From Vicinamibacteria bacterium (GTDB taxonomy: Bacteria > Acidobacteriota > Vicinamibacteria > Marinacidobacterales > Marinacidobacteraceae): a stretch of 64,000 nucleotides of DNA. Position numbers and translations under genes: made by a program. Below, piece by piece: positions 29,362 through 38,985 of the stretch. Positions within the stretch are counted from its first letter, which is position 1. Each line of letters opens with the position of its first letter. The notes under the pieces were generated by a model, which had not been told where the DNA came from, did not search any database, and was given only the letters and a program-made list of their open reading frames with translations. The stretch covers positions 1,728,001 to 1,792,000 of the forward strand of contig OZ241322.1 of NCBI GenBank assembly GCA_965199715.1, given 5' to 3'.

Positions 29362-30110
29362 ATGCCCCCGAACCTCGACGAACTGAAGCGGCGAGTCGGC
29401 GAGGGGGATGTCGCTGCCCAGACCCGCCTCGGCGCGATGTACTTCTTCGGGGACGGGGTCGGGCAAGACCGGAAGGCGGCGGCGCGCTTCTATCGGATGG
29501 CCGCCGACCGGGGGGACGTGGATTGCAGTTGACGCTGGCGTTCATGTACAACAACGGGGAAGGGGTCAAGGAAAGCGCCCGCCGGGCCATCAACTGGTTC
29601 CGGCGCGCAGCCAAGCAGGGCGACGTGCAGGCGATGCTCAGTCTCGCGGAGCTATGCGACTCCGGCTTCAGGGTCGAGCAGGATCAAGCCAGAGCCGCGA
29701 AGTGGTATCGCCGCGCGGCGGATCTCGGGGATTGCCACGCGCAGTACGCGCTGGTGCACATGTACAGCTTCGGACAGGGCGTGCCCGAGGACGAGGCCGC
29801 CCGATGGCTACGGCGAGCCGCCGAACAGGGCCACCCCGCAGCCCAGCGGGAATTCGCGGAGCGACTTGAATTTGAGAACTACGACGGGCCCGCGGACGAG
29901 GACGAATCCCAGCGCTGGTATCGCTTGGCCGCAGAGCAGGGAGACGCCAGCGCCCAAGAGAGAGCTCGGCGGCCGCTACGCCCAGGGTTGGTTCGTGGAG
30001 CAGGAATACGCGGAAGCCCTTCGCTGGTATCGACTCGCCGCGGAACAGGGGGACTGTTTCGCGCAATCGAGGCTCGGTGACATGTACGCCACGGGCCAGG
30101 GCGTTCCCAA
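29362..30110 (+). pseudogene. Sel1-repeat protein, two frameshifts, 3' truncated
   Basis: AQxxLGxMYxxGxGV and WYRxAAEQG repeats spread over three frames; shifts near 29524 and 29958. Confidence 0.85.
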
Positions 30111-30303
30111 ACCGATCTACCTCGGGGTCGGCGCGGCGGCGCTCGGGTTCTTCCTCATGGGGCCCGGGCCGCTGACGCTCGCCGTCCTCACGGCGGCGGC
30201 CATCGGGCTGCCGATCTAGATCCGGCTCGAGGAGGAGCATCTCCTCCGCCAGCGCCCCGCCGAGTACCGGGAGTACCGAAACTCGGTGAGGCGCTGGTTC
30301 TGA
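30111..30303 (+). pseudogene. C-terminal remnant of ICMT/PEMT-family membrane methyltransferase
   Basis: PIYLG...I*IRLEEEHL...EYREYRNSVRRWF; internal TAG 30217-30219. Confidence 0.7.
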
Positions 30304-31971
30304 CTACTCGTCCGCGGTCGGGTCTTCGGCCGGGGGGTCGCCCAGCAGTCCGGCGTAGGCGTAGAGCACGGTGGCCACCGACTTTTCGGCTCCGGCCATG
30401 CCGTACACCTCGCCGGCGCCCTCGATGACCCAGAACTCGTTCGCCGCGTGGGCGCCGCCGCCGTGGCCGAGGGCGGCGCCGACGATGTCCATCTTCAGGT
30501 CGGTGCCGCCCTCAAGCTCGTTGTCGCGGCCGCTGAACAGGTACGCGGGCCAGTAGCCGCCGCCGAGGATGGAAGCCTCCTCGAGCGGCGTGGAGTGGCG
30601 GACCCCGAAGATCTCGAACATCCGGTTCCCGGCCTCGGCGAGGTCGTTGTCGAACTGCATCTTGGACCACGGCACGTCGCCGATGATCGTCAGCTCCACG
30701 TCCTCGTATCCCTCGGCGTCGAGGTAGTCTCGGATCTTCTGGACCATCTCCAGGCCGTCCATGCTCGGCACGTAGCGCATGTTGTGCTTCGACGTGATCC
30801 GGTTCGGCAGGATCGCTCCCGCGCCGCCCGGATACATGTTGCCGGCCCAGATCCCGTCGATGTTGAAGGAGATCCCGTAGCGGGCGCTCTTGATGTAGGT
30901 GAGCGGGTCGTCGCTGATGAAGCGGGCCACTCCGATGTTGTCCGCCGCGATCTCCATGTTGAGGTTCTCGGCGGACCGCAGGAACATGGCCTCCTCGGCG
31001 GACGAGAGCGGATCGGCGCCCTGGTAGAAGCCGGGCACGTTGATCGAGTTGCCGTTGTCCTCGAAGAGCGTCGCCAGCATCTTCACGTGGCGCATCGCGG
31101 GAGCGTCGGTGGAGCGCTTGTGCGAGCCGTGGATGTCCGAGACCGTCGGCCCCCGCCCCCAGCTCTCGCCGCTCGTCGTCAACTCGATATAGACGCAGCC
31201 CTCCGAGCCGCCCGAGAAGCCGGCGGCCCCGCTGCGCGCCTGTCGTCCGGTGCGGTACATGGCGTCGGCGTGGCGGAAGAGTTCGGGGTTCTCCCGCACG
31301 AACTGCCGCAGGCCGATCGACATCCGCTCCTCGTCGCCCTCGGCGATGAAGATCAGGTTCACCGGCATCGTTCCCGTGACCTCGTAGATCGCATGCATCG
31401 CGTTCCACATGGTCATCTGCGGACCCTTGGAGTTCGTCGTCCCCCGTCCGATCATCACTTTCTTGAAGGGGCCGAACTCGGTGAACTCGCCCTCGAAGGG
31501 CGGCAGGTTCCACGCCTCCGGCTGGGTGACCGGCATCGTGTCGTACATCCAGTAGATGAGCAGCGTCTTCTCGGCGCCGTAGTCGCAATCGGCGTACACC
31601 ACGGGGTTCCCCGGCTGCCCCCACTCGGTCATCGGGATGTCGTGGACCTGCGAGACCTGGCAGCCGAGCTGGTCGAAGAAGCCCTTGACCATCTCGGCGG
31701 ACTCCTGGATGCCTTCGCCGGAGTTCGAGATGCTGGGCTGCTGGATCCAGCGGCGCAGGTTCATGACGTGGTCGTCGATGTTGTCGTCGATGTACTGGAA
31801 CACCTGCTGGAGCTCGTCGGGGACCTGGGCGAGGTCCGGGGAGAGCGTGGTGTCGCCGTCGGCCCGGACGCCGAGCTCGGCCGCGGGAGCCGTCGGCGGC
31901 GCTTCGGGCATGCCGCCGCCGCACGCGGCGAACGTCAGCGAGAGCAGGGACATCGAGAGAACAGCGCGCAT
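30304..31971 (-). CDS. M20/M25/M40-family metallopeptidase-like lipoprotein, copy 1
   Basis: TFAAC lipobox, EGDEE, AHAANE; near-duplicate of 34215-35879. Confidence 0.85.
   Translation of the reverse strand: MRAVLSMSLLSLTFAACGGGMPEAPPTAPAAELGVRADGDTTLSPDLAQVPDELQQVFQYIDDNIDDHVMNLRRWIQQPSISNSGEGIQESAEMVKGFFDQLGCQVSQVHDIPMTEWGQPGNPVVYADCDYGAEKTLLIYWMYDTMPVTQPEAWNLPPFEGEFTEFGPFKKVMIGRGTTNSKGPQMTMWNAMHAIYEVTGTMPVNLIFIAEGDEERMSIGLRQFVRENPELFRHADAMYRTGRQARSGAAGFSGGSEGCVYIELTTSGESWGRGPTVSDIHGSHKRSTDAPAMRHVKMLATLFEDNGNSINVPGFYQGADPLSSAEEAMFLRSAENLNMEIAADNIGVARFISDDPLTYIKSARYGISFNIDGIWAGNMYPGGAGAILPNRITSKHNMRYVPSMDGLEMVQKIRDYLDAEGYEDVELTIIGDVPWSKMQFDNDLAEAGNRMFEIFGVRHSTPLEEASILGGGYWPAYLFSGRDNELEGGTDLKMDIVGAALGHGGGAHAANEFWVIEGAGEVYGMAGAEKSVATVLYAYAGLLGDPPAEDPTADE
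31442..31961. repeat. 520-bp direct repeat identical to 35350-35869
   Basis: Base-by-base comparison by eye found no mismatch; offset 3908. Confidence 0.9.
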
Positions 31972-32363
31972 GGAGAACCTCCTCCGGCGGGCTGCGAGCG
32001 TACGCGGCCCGCCGGGAAGACGTCAAAGCACAGGCGCGGCTACCCTCTGACCACGGTGGTGCTGACCGACCCGCAAACGCTGTAACATATTCATATACAA
32101 TGACTTGCCAAAGACACTACGGCCGTGAATCCCTTGTTGCATCCCTAATTCGAAACGGGAATCTACAGGACAACCCGAAGTATCCGCGGACCCGTGGACC
32201 ATTTCCCTCTCTTCGTTCCGAGCGATTCTCCTCAATCGGAGGCGCCAGACTCAAGAATAGGTCCCCAGCGGTCGATGGCCCGGCCGGATTCCCGGTCCGT
32301 AGCCCACGCCGAAAATCCAACGGCGGAGTGCCCCCGGCGCACCAGGGTTTGGCGAGCTGGGGT

Positions 32364-33200
32364 TCACAGACGTGCAAAGAACTCCGGGTTGGGCGTCACA
32401 ACCTCCACCGTCTCGGTGCTCACGCCCAGTCTGTGGTCCTTCAGTAGGTCGCAGAGGTCTCGGCCGTCAATCAGGTCGATGGCGGGCGCTCCGTCCCGGA
32501 CGGCCTCTCGTTGAGCGTCCTTGGTGAATCCGCCTGTGGTCAAGAACAACTCCTTGTCCGCACGCCCAACCATCGCTCCTCTGAAGTCCCGGATCTCACG
32601 CGTGCCGACCGCTCCGGCGTATCGCTTGCATTGAAAGCGAACGTGAAATGAGAGCAGATTGACGCGTAGTACGCCCGCGCCGTCCATGCCGCCGTCGCCC
32701 GTCCGGCCGGTCACTTCCACCTTGACGAAGCCCGACTCCCTGAGCACGCGTTGACACAGACGCTCGAACGCATCGGGCGGGATCCGACGAAGAATCACGA
32801 GCAGAGAGTCCTTCCAGTCACGCGCGTCCAACGGATCGGGATCTTCACGATCTCGGTCCCGTCGTCGCTCTTGGTATCGCTTCGCACGTTCCTGTCGCAC
32901 TCTGTCGCGTACTTCGCCTTCCTGGATGCGCCGTCCGGCCTCCGTAATCGTCCACACCCCTCGCGATGTGTTCTGGACCATACCGATCTGCTTCAAGTTC
33001 GTACGCGCCCATGCTGCCCGATAGTCGACTTCCGAGCCGGGGCCATCGCCATGCTGCACGTTGATGAGTTCGTCGGTTAGCGCCAATTCCCGGGCTACGC
33101 CCTCGGAGAGTTCCTGAATCGTGGCGGAACCACCCCGCCCTCTCAGGACTCGAAGGGTCGGCCACAGCAGGTCATCGTACGTAGGGAGCTTCTGTTCCAT
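32364..33200 (-). CDS. mrr: Mrr-family type IV restriction endonuclease
   Basis: PTYDDLLWPTL, WARTNLK, RGVWTIT; FERLC, GDGGMDG, QCKRY, IDLIDG. Confidence 0.92.
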   Translation of the reverse strand: MEQKLPTYDDLLWPTLRVLRGRGGSATIQELSEGVARELALTDELINVQHGDGPGSEVDYRAAWARTNLKQIGMVQNTSRGVWTITEAGRRIQEGEVRDRVRQERAKRYQERRRDRDREDPDPLDARDWKDSLLVILRRIPPDAFERLCQRVLRESGFVKVEVTGRTGDGGMDGAGVLRVNLLSFHVRFQCKRYAGAVGTREIRDFRGAMVGRADKELFLTTGGFTKDAQREAVRDGAPAIDLIDGRDLCDLLKDHRLGVSTETVEVVTPNPEFFARL

Positions 33201-33935
33201 CACTTGGTACCCGGCGATAGCGGGCCGCGGCGGGGCGTGAGCGCCGGTGCAGGCGTGGCTCCACTGAAGCAGTGCGTCCATGCGTTGTCCGCGGCGAGAT
33301 CCGTCCGAGGCGTGTCACGCATGTGCTCCACGGTCAGCGCGACCATGGTCGGCGGCGGACTGTACGACCGCGACCACGGCGACGGAGGTGGTCAGCGGCG
33401 CATGCGCCCGTACACACTTCACCCCCCGCGTCAGTGTCCATCGCCGTAAGCGTAAAGCGCATCGCGCCCGGATGCACGGGACGCCACCTACGACCCATGA
33501 TGGGCCGGGCAACACAGGCTGACGGCTGAGGCGTCTCGCCTTCCTGAAGGGCCCCTTTCACGGGCGCGACCGTACGATGGCTCCAAACGGATACGCCGGC
33601 ACGCGCGCGTTTGCGCCGCGCGGGAGCGCGGCGTGGTCACAGACCGCATCGTCGGCCCACACAACATCCGCGCGTGCTCCCGGTGTCAAGGCGCTCGCTG
33701 ACGCTCGCCCCGCCACGGGCGGGCTTCGGCCTGGACACCGGCTCCGCGCGCTACAGGCCGGCAATTGTCCGACGATGCCAGACCTTGACCCCTGCCAGCC
33801 GTGAACCGCGCCAACCTGCGGCCATCGTCGATGCTCTCCCGGCTGCACCGGATCAGCCCCGCGTCGGGTACTCCACACGCTCCGTGCGCCGCGCCGGACC
33901 GTGACTGGATCCAAGGTCTCGAATCACGACCGGAA

Positions 33936-34110
33936 TCACACCTCGGCGGCCCAGTCCCGGAACGAGGACCGGAAGCCATGGGGAACGGCCGGGACCCGCT
34001 GACGCTCCAGCAGCCGCCGGAGCACCTTCTCATCGAGCGGTTTACCGTCGCCGGCCGGGAACACCAGCGGGCCGGGGTTGTGTCGCCGAGGGTCCGCGCC
34101 GCGTCGAGAA
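33936..34110 (-). pseudogene. P4-like tyrosine integrase C-terminal fragment
   Basis: LVFP...AVPHGFRSSFRDWAAE (HxxR box). Confidence 0.85.
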
Positions 34111-34214
34111 CCTCCAGCAGCTCGGAAAGCGTTTTGGGAGGCGAAATTCCAGCCTTGGTGCGTCAATATTGGACGCATGAACCCCGTAGTGCCGGGCGGT
34201 CGGCCCCGGTGGGC

Positions 34215-35879
34215 CTAGTCGTTCGCGGTGGCGTCCGCGGCCGGCGGGTCGCCCAGGAGTCCGGCGAAGGCGTAGAGGAACGTCGCGATGGACTTCTCTC
34301 CCCCGGCCATGCCGTACACCTCGCCGGCGCCCTCGATGACCCAGAACTCGTTCGCCGCGTGGGCGCCGCCGCCGTGGCCGGCCGCGCCGCCGACGATCGG
34401 CATGGCGAGATCGGTTCCCTCCTCGAAGTCGGCGTCTCGGCCGCTGAAGAGGTAGGCGGGCCAGTAGCCGCCGAGGATCGTCTCGTGCTCCATCGGCGTT
34501 CCGTGGCGGATTCCGAATACGTCGTAGGTGCGCAGCAGCGCGTCGGCGGCCTCGTTGTCGTAGCTGCTCTTGGACCACGGCACGTCGCCCACGATGGTCA
34601 GCTCCACGTCCTCGTATCCCTCGGCGTCGAGGTAGTCGCGGATCTTCTGGACCATCTCCAGCCCGTCCATGCCCGGCACGTAGCGCATGTTGTGCTTCGA
34701 CGTGATCCGGTTCGGCAGGATCGCCCCCGCGCCGCCCGGATACATGTTGCCGGCCCAAATCCCGTCCATGTTGAAGGAGATCCCGTAGCGGGCGCTCTTG
34801 ATGTACGTCAGCGGGTCGTCGCTGATGAAGCGGGCGACGCCGATGTTCTCGGCGGCGACGGCCATGTCGATGTTCTCGGCGGACCGCCGGAACATGGCCT
34901 CCTCGGCCTCGCTGAGCGGCTGGGGCCCGTCGTAGAAGCCCGGAACCAGCACGGTGTTGCCGTCATCCGAGATGAGGGACGAGAGCATCTTGACGTGGCG
35001 CAGCGCCGGCGCGTCAGTGGAGCGCTTGTGGGCGCCGTGGATGTCCGAGACCGTCGGCCCCCGCCCCCAGCTCTCGCCGCTCGTCGTCAACTCGATATAG
35101 ACGCAGCCCTCCGAGCCGCCCGAGACTCCGGCGGCCCCGCTGCGGGACTGGCTGCCGAACCGGTACATGGCGTCGGCGTGGCGGAAGAGTTCGGGGTTCT
35201 CCCGCACGAACTGCCGCAGGCCGATCGACATCCGCTCCTCGTCGCCCTCGGCGATGAAGATCAGGTTCACCGGCATCGTTCCGGTGACCTCGTAAATCGA
35301 GTGCATCGCGTTCCACTGGACCATCTGCGGACCCTTGGAGTTCGTCGCGCCCCGTCCGATCATCACTTTCTTGAAGGGGCCGAACTCGGTGAACTCGCCC
35401 TCGAAGGGCGGCAGGTTCCACGCCTCCGGCTGGGTGACCGGCATCGTGTCGTACATCCAGTAGATGAGCAGCGTCTTCTCGGCGCCGTAGTCGCAATCGG
35501 CGTACACCACGGGGTTCCCCGGCTGCCCCCACTCGGTCATCGGGATGTCGTGGACCTGCGAGACCTGGCAGCCGAGCTGGTCGAAGAAGCCCTTGACCAT
35601 CTCGGCGGACTCCTGGATGCCTTCGCCGGAGTTCGAGATGCTGGGCTGCTGGATCCAGCGGCGCAGGTTCATGACGTGGTCGTCGATGTTGTCGTCGATG
35701 TACTGGAACACCTGCTGGAGCTCGTCGGGGACCTGGGCGAGGTCCGGGGAGAGCGTGGTGTCGCCGTCGGCCCGGACGCCGAGCTCGGCCGCGGGAGCCG
35801 TCGGCGGCGCTTCGGGCATGCCGCCGCCGCACGCGGCGAACGTCAGCGAGAGCAGGGACATCGAGAGAAGAACGCGCAT
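34215..35879 (-). CDS. M20/M25/M40-family metallopeptidase-like lipoprotein, copy 2
   Basis: Same motifs as copy 1; ATG 35879. Confidence 0.85.
   Translation of the reverse strand: MRVLLSMSLLSLTFAACGGGMPEAPPTAPAAELGVRADGDTTLSPDLAQVPDELQQVFQYIDDNIDDHVMNLRRWIQQPSISNSGEGIQESAEMVKGFFDQLGCQVSQVHDIPMTEWGQPGNPVVYADCDYGAEKTLLIYWMYDTMPVTQPEAWNLPPFEGEFTEFGPFKKVMIGRGATNSKGPQMVQWNAMHSIYEVTGTMPVNLIFIAEGDEERMSIGLRQFVRENPELFRHADAMYRFGSQSRSGAAGVSGGSEGCVYIELTTSGESWGRGPTVSDIHGAHKRSTDAPALRHVKMLSSLISDDGNTVLVPGFYDGPQPLSEAEEAMFRRSAENIDMAVAAENIGVARFISDDPLTYIKSARYGISFNMDGIWAGNMYPGGAGAILPNRITSKHNMRYVPGMDGLEMVQKIRDYLDAEGYEDVELTIVGDVPWSKSSYDNEAADALLRTYDVFGIRHGTPMEHETILGGYWPAYLFSGRDADFEEGTDLAMPIVGGAAGHGGGAHAANEFWVIEGAGEVYGMAGGEKSIATFLYAFAGLLGDPPAADATAND
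35350..35869. repeat. 520-bp direct repeat identical to 31442-31961
   Basis: See partner repeat. Confidence 0.9.
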
Positions 35880-36039
35880 GAACGGAGGCCTCCTGGGCGA
35901 CCCCGGAGAGTACGCCCGCTTCCGCCGACCTGTCAAAGGACGGTACGGGCCCAAGGGATTTGGCGAGCAGGGACGGAGAGGTCGCTGCCGCGGACGCTCC
36001 AAGGGGAACGGGCACCCGGTGGCGGGTCGGTCTGGGCCG

Positions 36040-36241
36040 GCGAGCTCCCCAGCGGCGTGGACGGCGGCAGCCAGTCCGCCCGCGGGGTCGCCTCCTCGGC
36101 CAGGACCGCGAGCGGAGTCCGGTTCCCGAGCGCCCGGCGGGGCCGCACCGTGTCACCCCGGTTCAGCCAGTCCGCCAGCCGCCGGTTGAATTCCGCGAGG
36201 CCCACTCCGCCGGGGACCCCCCGGGCATGATGGCGGTGCAC
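36040..36241 (-). pseudogene. IS481-like/integrase-core transposase C-terminal remnant
   Basis: LAEFNRRLADWL...RPRRALGNRTPL resembles a degenerate YNxxRPHxAL motif. Confidence 0.55.
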
Positions 36242-36338
36242 GGGCTCAAGGGACTTGGCGGTCGGGAACCTCGAGGATGGACGGCGAGACGCCGGCCGGG
36301 GGCCCGAAAGGCGGGCTCGACCCCGGCCCCGCCGCGGC

Positions 36339-36516
36339 GAACTGGCGTTGTTCGTCTATGGGTTCGTCCAGAGCAGCCGAGAGAATCTGCGCGGAGACGA
36401 GTTGCAGACCCGCCGAAGACTGGCCGACGAGCATTTGGCTCTGGATCCGTCTAGCCCGACGGCGGCACAGGCCGTTGGAGCGATCATTTGGGGTGATGCG
36501 CCATGACAAGGCAGTA
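36339..36516 (+). pseudogene. RelE-like (DUF1044-type) toxin C-terminal remnant plus first 14 nt of a downstream ORF
   Basis: LFVYGFVQSSRENLRGDEL...LA resembles FxYGFAKxxRxNIxxxEL; ATGA overlap to MTRQY cut by IS end. Confidence 0.55.
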
Positions 36517-37701
36517 TGAGCTTGCCCCGCTTTCGTGGACAGTTCGCTGTTTTCGGATCGGCGGCGAGCGCCCTCGCGCGGCGTCCGCCGGACTGCGTTC
36601 ACGTTCGCTCCTCGAAGCTCCGTTCGTACGCCGCCGGGGCCTCGCACTTCAGCGCCGAGCGCCGCCATCGCGTTGTCGCAGCAGTCCCCCGCCGACCCCA
36701 TCGACCGTCGCGCTCCCGCCCGCCGCCACGCCGCCCCGAACTCCAGCGACGCGTACGGGCTCCCCCGGGCCGAGTGATGGACCACCCCCTCCGGGCGCCG
36801 CCGCTCCACCGCCATCCTCGGCGCCTTCACCACCAGCGACGAAAACAGCCGCAAGCTCATCCACCAACCCACCACCCGCTGACTGAACGCGTCCACGACC
36901 ACGGCCAGGCGCACCGTCCGCGCCTTCGTGGGGACGTACGTCACGTCCGCGACCCACAGCCGGTTCGGCGCTTCCGCCCGGAAGTCCCGCTCCACGAGGT
37001 CCGGCGCCGGGCGCGAGCCCGCCGCCCGGATCGTCGTCGGGAGCCCCGCTTCCGCCGCGACGCTCCCTGAACGCCCAGCCTCCGCATCAACCGCGCGATC
37101 CGCTTCCGGCTCGCCCGCTCTCCCCGCGAGCGAAGCTCCGCCCGAACCCGCGGGGCGCCGTACGCCTCCCGGCTCTCCTCGTGGATCGCCCGGACCGCCT
37201 CCATCAGCGCCGCGTCCGCCCGCTCCCGCGAGGACGGCTCGCGCCCCAGCCACGCGTAGCGCCCGCTCCTCGAGACCTTCAGGACGCGGGCCGTCATGGC
37301 GATCGGACACTCGGCCCGGTGCGCCTTCATGAACCTCCACCCTCGGAGACGGTCTCCCGGGCGAACCAGGCCGCCGCTTTTCCCGGGATCTCCCGCTCGC
37401 GCTTGAGGCGGACGTTCTCCTGACGCGGCCGGTGCATCTTCTCGCGCTCCGGCCGACTCCAGCCGTCGGCGTCGGCTCCCTCGGCCAAGTCCGCGGCCCG
37501 CCGCCAGTTCCGGATCGTCGCGGCGGTAGGCTCGAACTCCCGCGCCGGGTCCTCCGGACTCCGGCCCGAGCGCGCCAGCTCAACCAGCCGCGCTCGGCGC
37601 TCCGAAGCGTACCGCTGCGGACGCTTCCGCTTCTTCTTGGTCATCATCGTGGACGCCCTCCTCGCTAGAGGTCAGGCGTCCACGAAACCGGGGCAACTCC
37701 A
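36517..37701 (-). mobile_element. IS3-family insertion sequence, degenerate
   Basis: TG...CA ends; 24-bp IRs TGAGCTTGCCCCGCTTTCGTGGAC / TGGAGTTGCCCCGGTTTCGTGGAC (20/24); OrfA 37327-37647; OrfB WVADVTYV, HHSxRGS, DNA motifs, frameshifted; AAAAG slip motif 37381-37377. Confidence 0.92.
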
Positions 37702-37838
37702 ATTCACGCACCTTCAGCGTGCCGCCGAGCGGGGACTTCGAGTCGCCGCCCAGTATCTCGCCGCGCGGGCGAGGAAGCGACGATCGGCGCGCGCTTGATT
37801 GGGCGGGGCCTGGCGGCAGTACCATCGCTCGTCGCGCC

Positions 37839-38951
37839 GTGACCCCTGAAGCTGACTGGACCGACGACGTCCGGCCCGCCGCGCCGGCGGACGCGAGGAC
37901 GTTGCCGGCGCGGTACTACGTGGATCCCGCCGTGTTCGCGCTGGAGGAGGAGCGGATCCACCGGGCCATGTGGACGGCCGTGTGCCCCTCCTCTGATTTG
38001 GCCGAGCCCGGCGACTACCGGCTCGTCGAGATCGCCGGGGACTCGCTCGTCGTGGTTCGGGGCGCGGACGGCGCGGTGCGCGCCCATCACAACGTCTGCC
38101 GGCACCGGGGCACGCGGCTGCTCGACTGCGACGCCGGCCGCCTGCCGGGCGCGATCCAGTGTCCGTACCACGCCTGGACCTACGATCTCGGCGGGCGGCT
38201 GCTTCGGGCGCCGCACATGGATCGCGTTCCCGGATTCTCGGCGGACGACTGGCCGCTCGCGTCCGCGGCGTGCGAGGAGTGGGGCGGGATCGTCTTCGTC
38301 CGCGTCGCCGACTCCGGCCCGACGCTCCTCGAGCAGCTCGGCCCGGCCGCCGCCCGGGTCGCGCCGTACCGCCTCGAGTCGCTCGTCAGCGTCCACACCG
38401 AGCGCTACGACCTCTGCGCCAACTGGAAGCTCGTCGTCCAGAATTTCTCCGAGTGCCTCCACTGCCCGGTGATCCACCCGCAGCTCCAGCGCCTGTCGCA
38501 TTACCTCAGCGGCGACAACCACCCGGTCACGCCGGGCGCGGTCGGCTCCACGATGAACCTCGCCGAGGGGGTCGAGACGCTCTCGACCGACGGGCGCCTC
38601 GTGGGGGAGCCGCTGCCGTCGGCGCCCGCGGGCCGGATCGGCTACGAGATCCTGCTTCCGAGCGTGATGCTGTGCCTGCATCCCGACTACGCGGCGCGCT
38701 TCCTGATGCGTGCGCTCGCGGTCAATCGGACGGAGATCCGCTGCGACTGGCTGTTCGCTGGTTCCGACATCGATCCTTCGCGGGCCGTCGAGTTCTGGCA
38801 CGAGACGAACCTCCAGGACTGGCGCGTCTCCGAGCTGGCCCAGCGCGGGATCGCGTCCTCGGCGTACCGGCCGGGGCCGTACTCGAACCGGGAAGACCAG
38901 CTCTGGGCGATCGACCGCCTCGTGCTGGATCGGCTCGGGGAGTCCGGTTGA
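37839..38951 (+). CDS. Rieske aromatic ring-hydroxylating oxygenase alpha subunit (GbcA/choline monooxygenase-like)
   Basis: CRHRG...CPYHAW Rieske ligands; NWK...ECLHCPVIH; QD mononuclear Fe ligand. Confidence 0.9.
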   Translation: MTPEADWTDDVRPAAPADARTLPARYYVDPAVFALEEERIHRAMWTAVCPSSDLAEPGDYRLVEIAGDSLVVVRGADGAVRAHHNVCRHRGTRLLDCDAGRLPGAIQCPYHAWTYDLGGRLLRAPHMDRVPGFSADDWPLASAACEEWGGIVFVRVADSGPTLLEQLGPAAARVAPYRLESLVSVHTERYDLCANWKLVVQNFSECLHCPVIHPQLQRLSHYLSGDNHPVTPGAVGSTMNLAEGVETLSTDGRLVGEPLPSAPAGRIGYEILLPSVMLCLHPDYAARFLMRALAVNRTEIRCDWLFAGSDIDPSRAVEFWHETNLQDWRVSELAQRGIASSAYRPGPYSNREDQLWAIDRLVLDRLGESG

Positions 38952-38976
38952 CGGGGGCGAGGGGCCGCACCACAAT
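38948..38976 (+). promoter_or_regulatory. sigma70-type promoter TTGACG-N17-CACAAT
   Basis: Near-consensus hexamers, 17-nt spacer, 9 nt before ATG 38986. Confidence 0.7.
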
Positions 38977-38985
38977 CCACTCGCC

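Larger units (their letters stand above)
32055..34178 (-). mobile_element. Decayed tyrosine-integrase genomic island remnant (int fragment, mrr, att-like end)
   Basis: Lower GC; integrase fragment; tRNA-3'-end-like TCGGTCAGCACCACC at 32069-32055. Confidence 0.6.

Noticed and set aside
22572-30219. Two in-frame TAG codons as amber recoding or pyrrolysine
   Set aside because: TAG is the normal stop of several genes here (e.g. ends at 29324, 42898, 44993, 46094), no pyl genes seen, and one TAG is in an already broken remnant
33201-33935. Short ORFs and small palindromes between mrr and the integrase fragment
   Set aside because: No recognisable motifs or consistent codon pattern; treated as degraded island DNA
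30304-35879. M20 duplicate as DGR template/variable repeat pair
   Set aside because: Differences are not adenine-specific, both copies are full genes, and no reverse transcriptase is present
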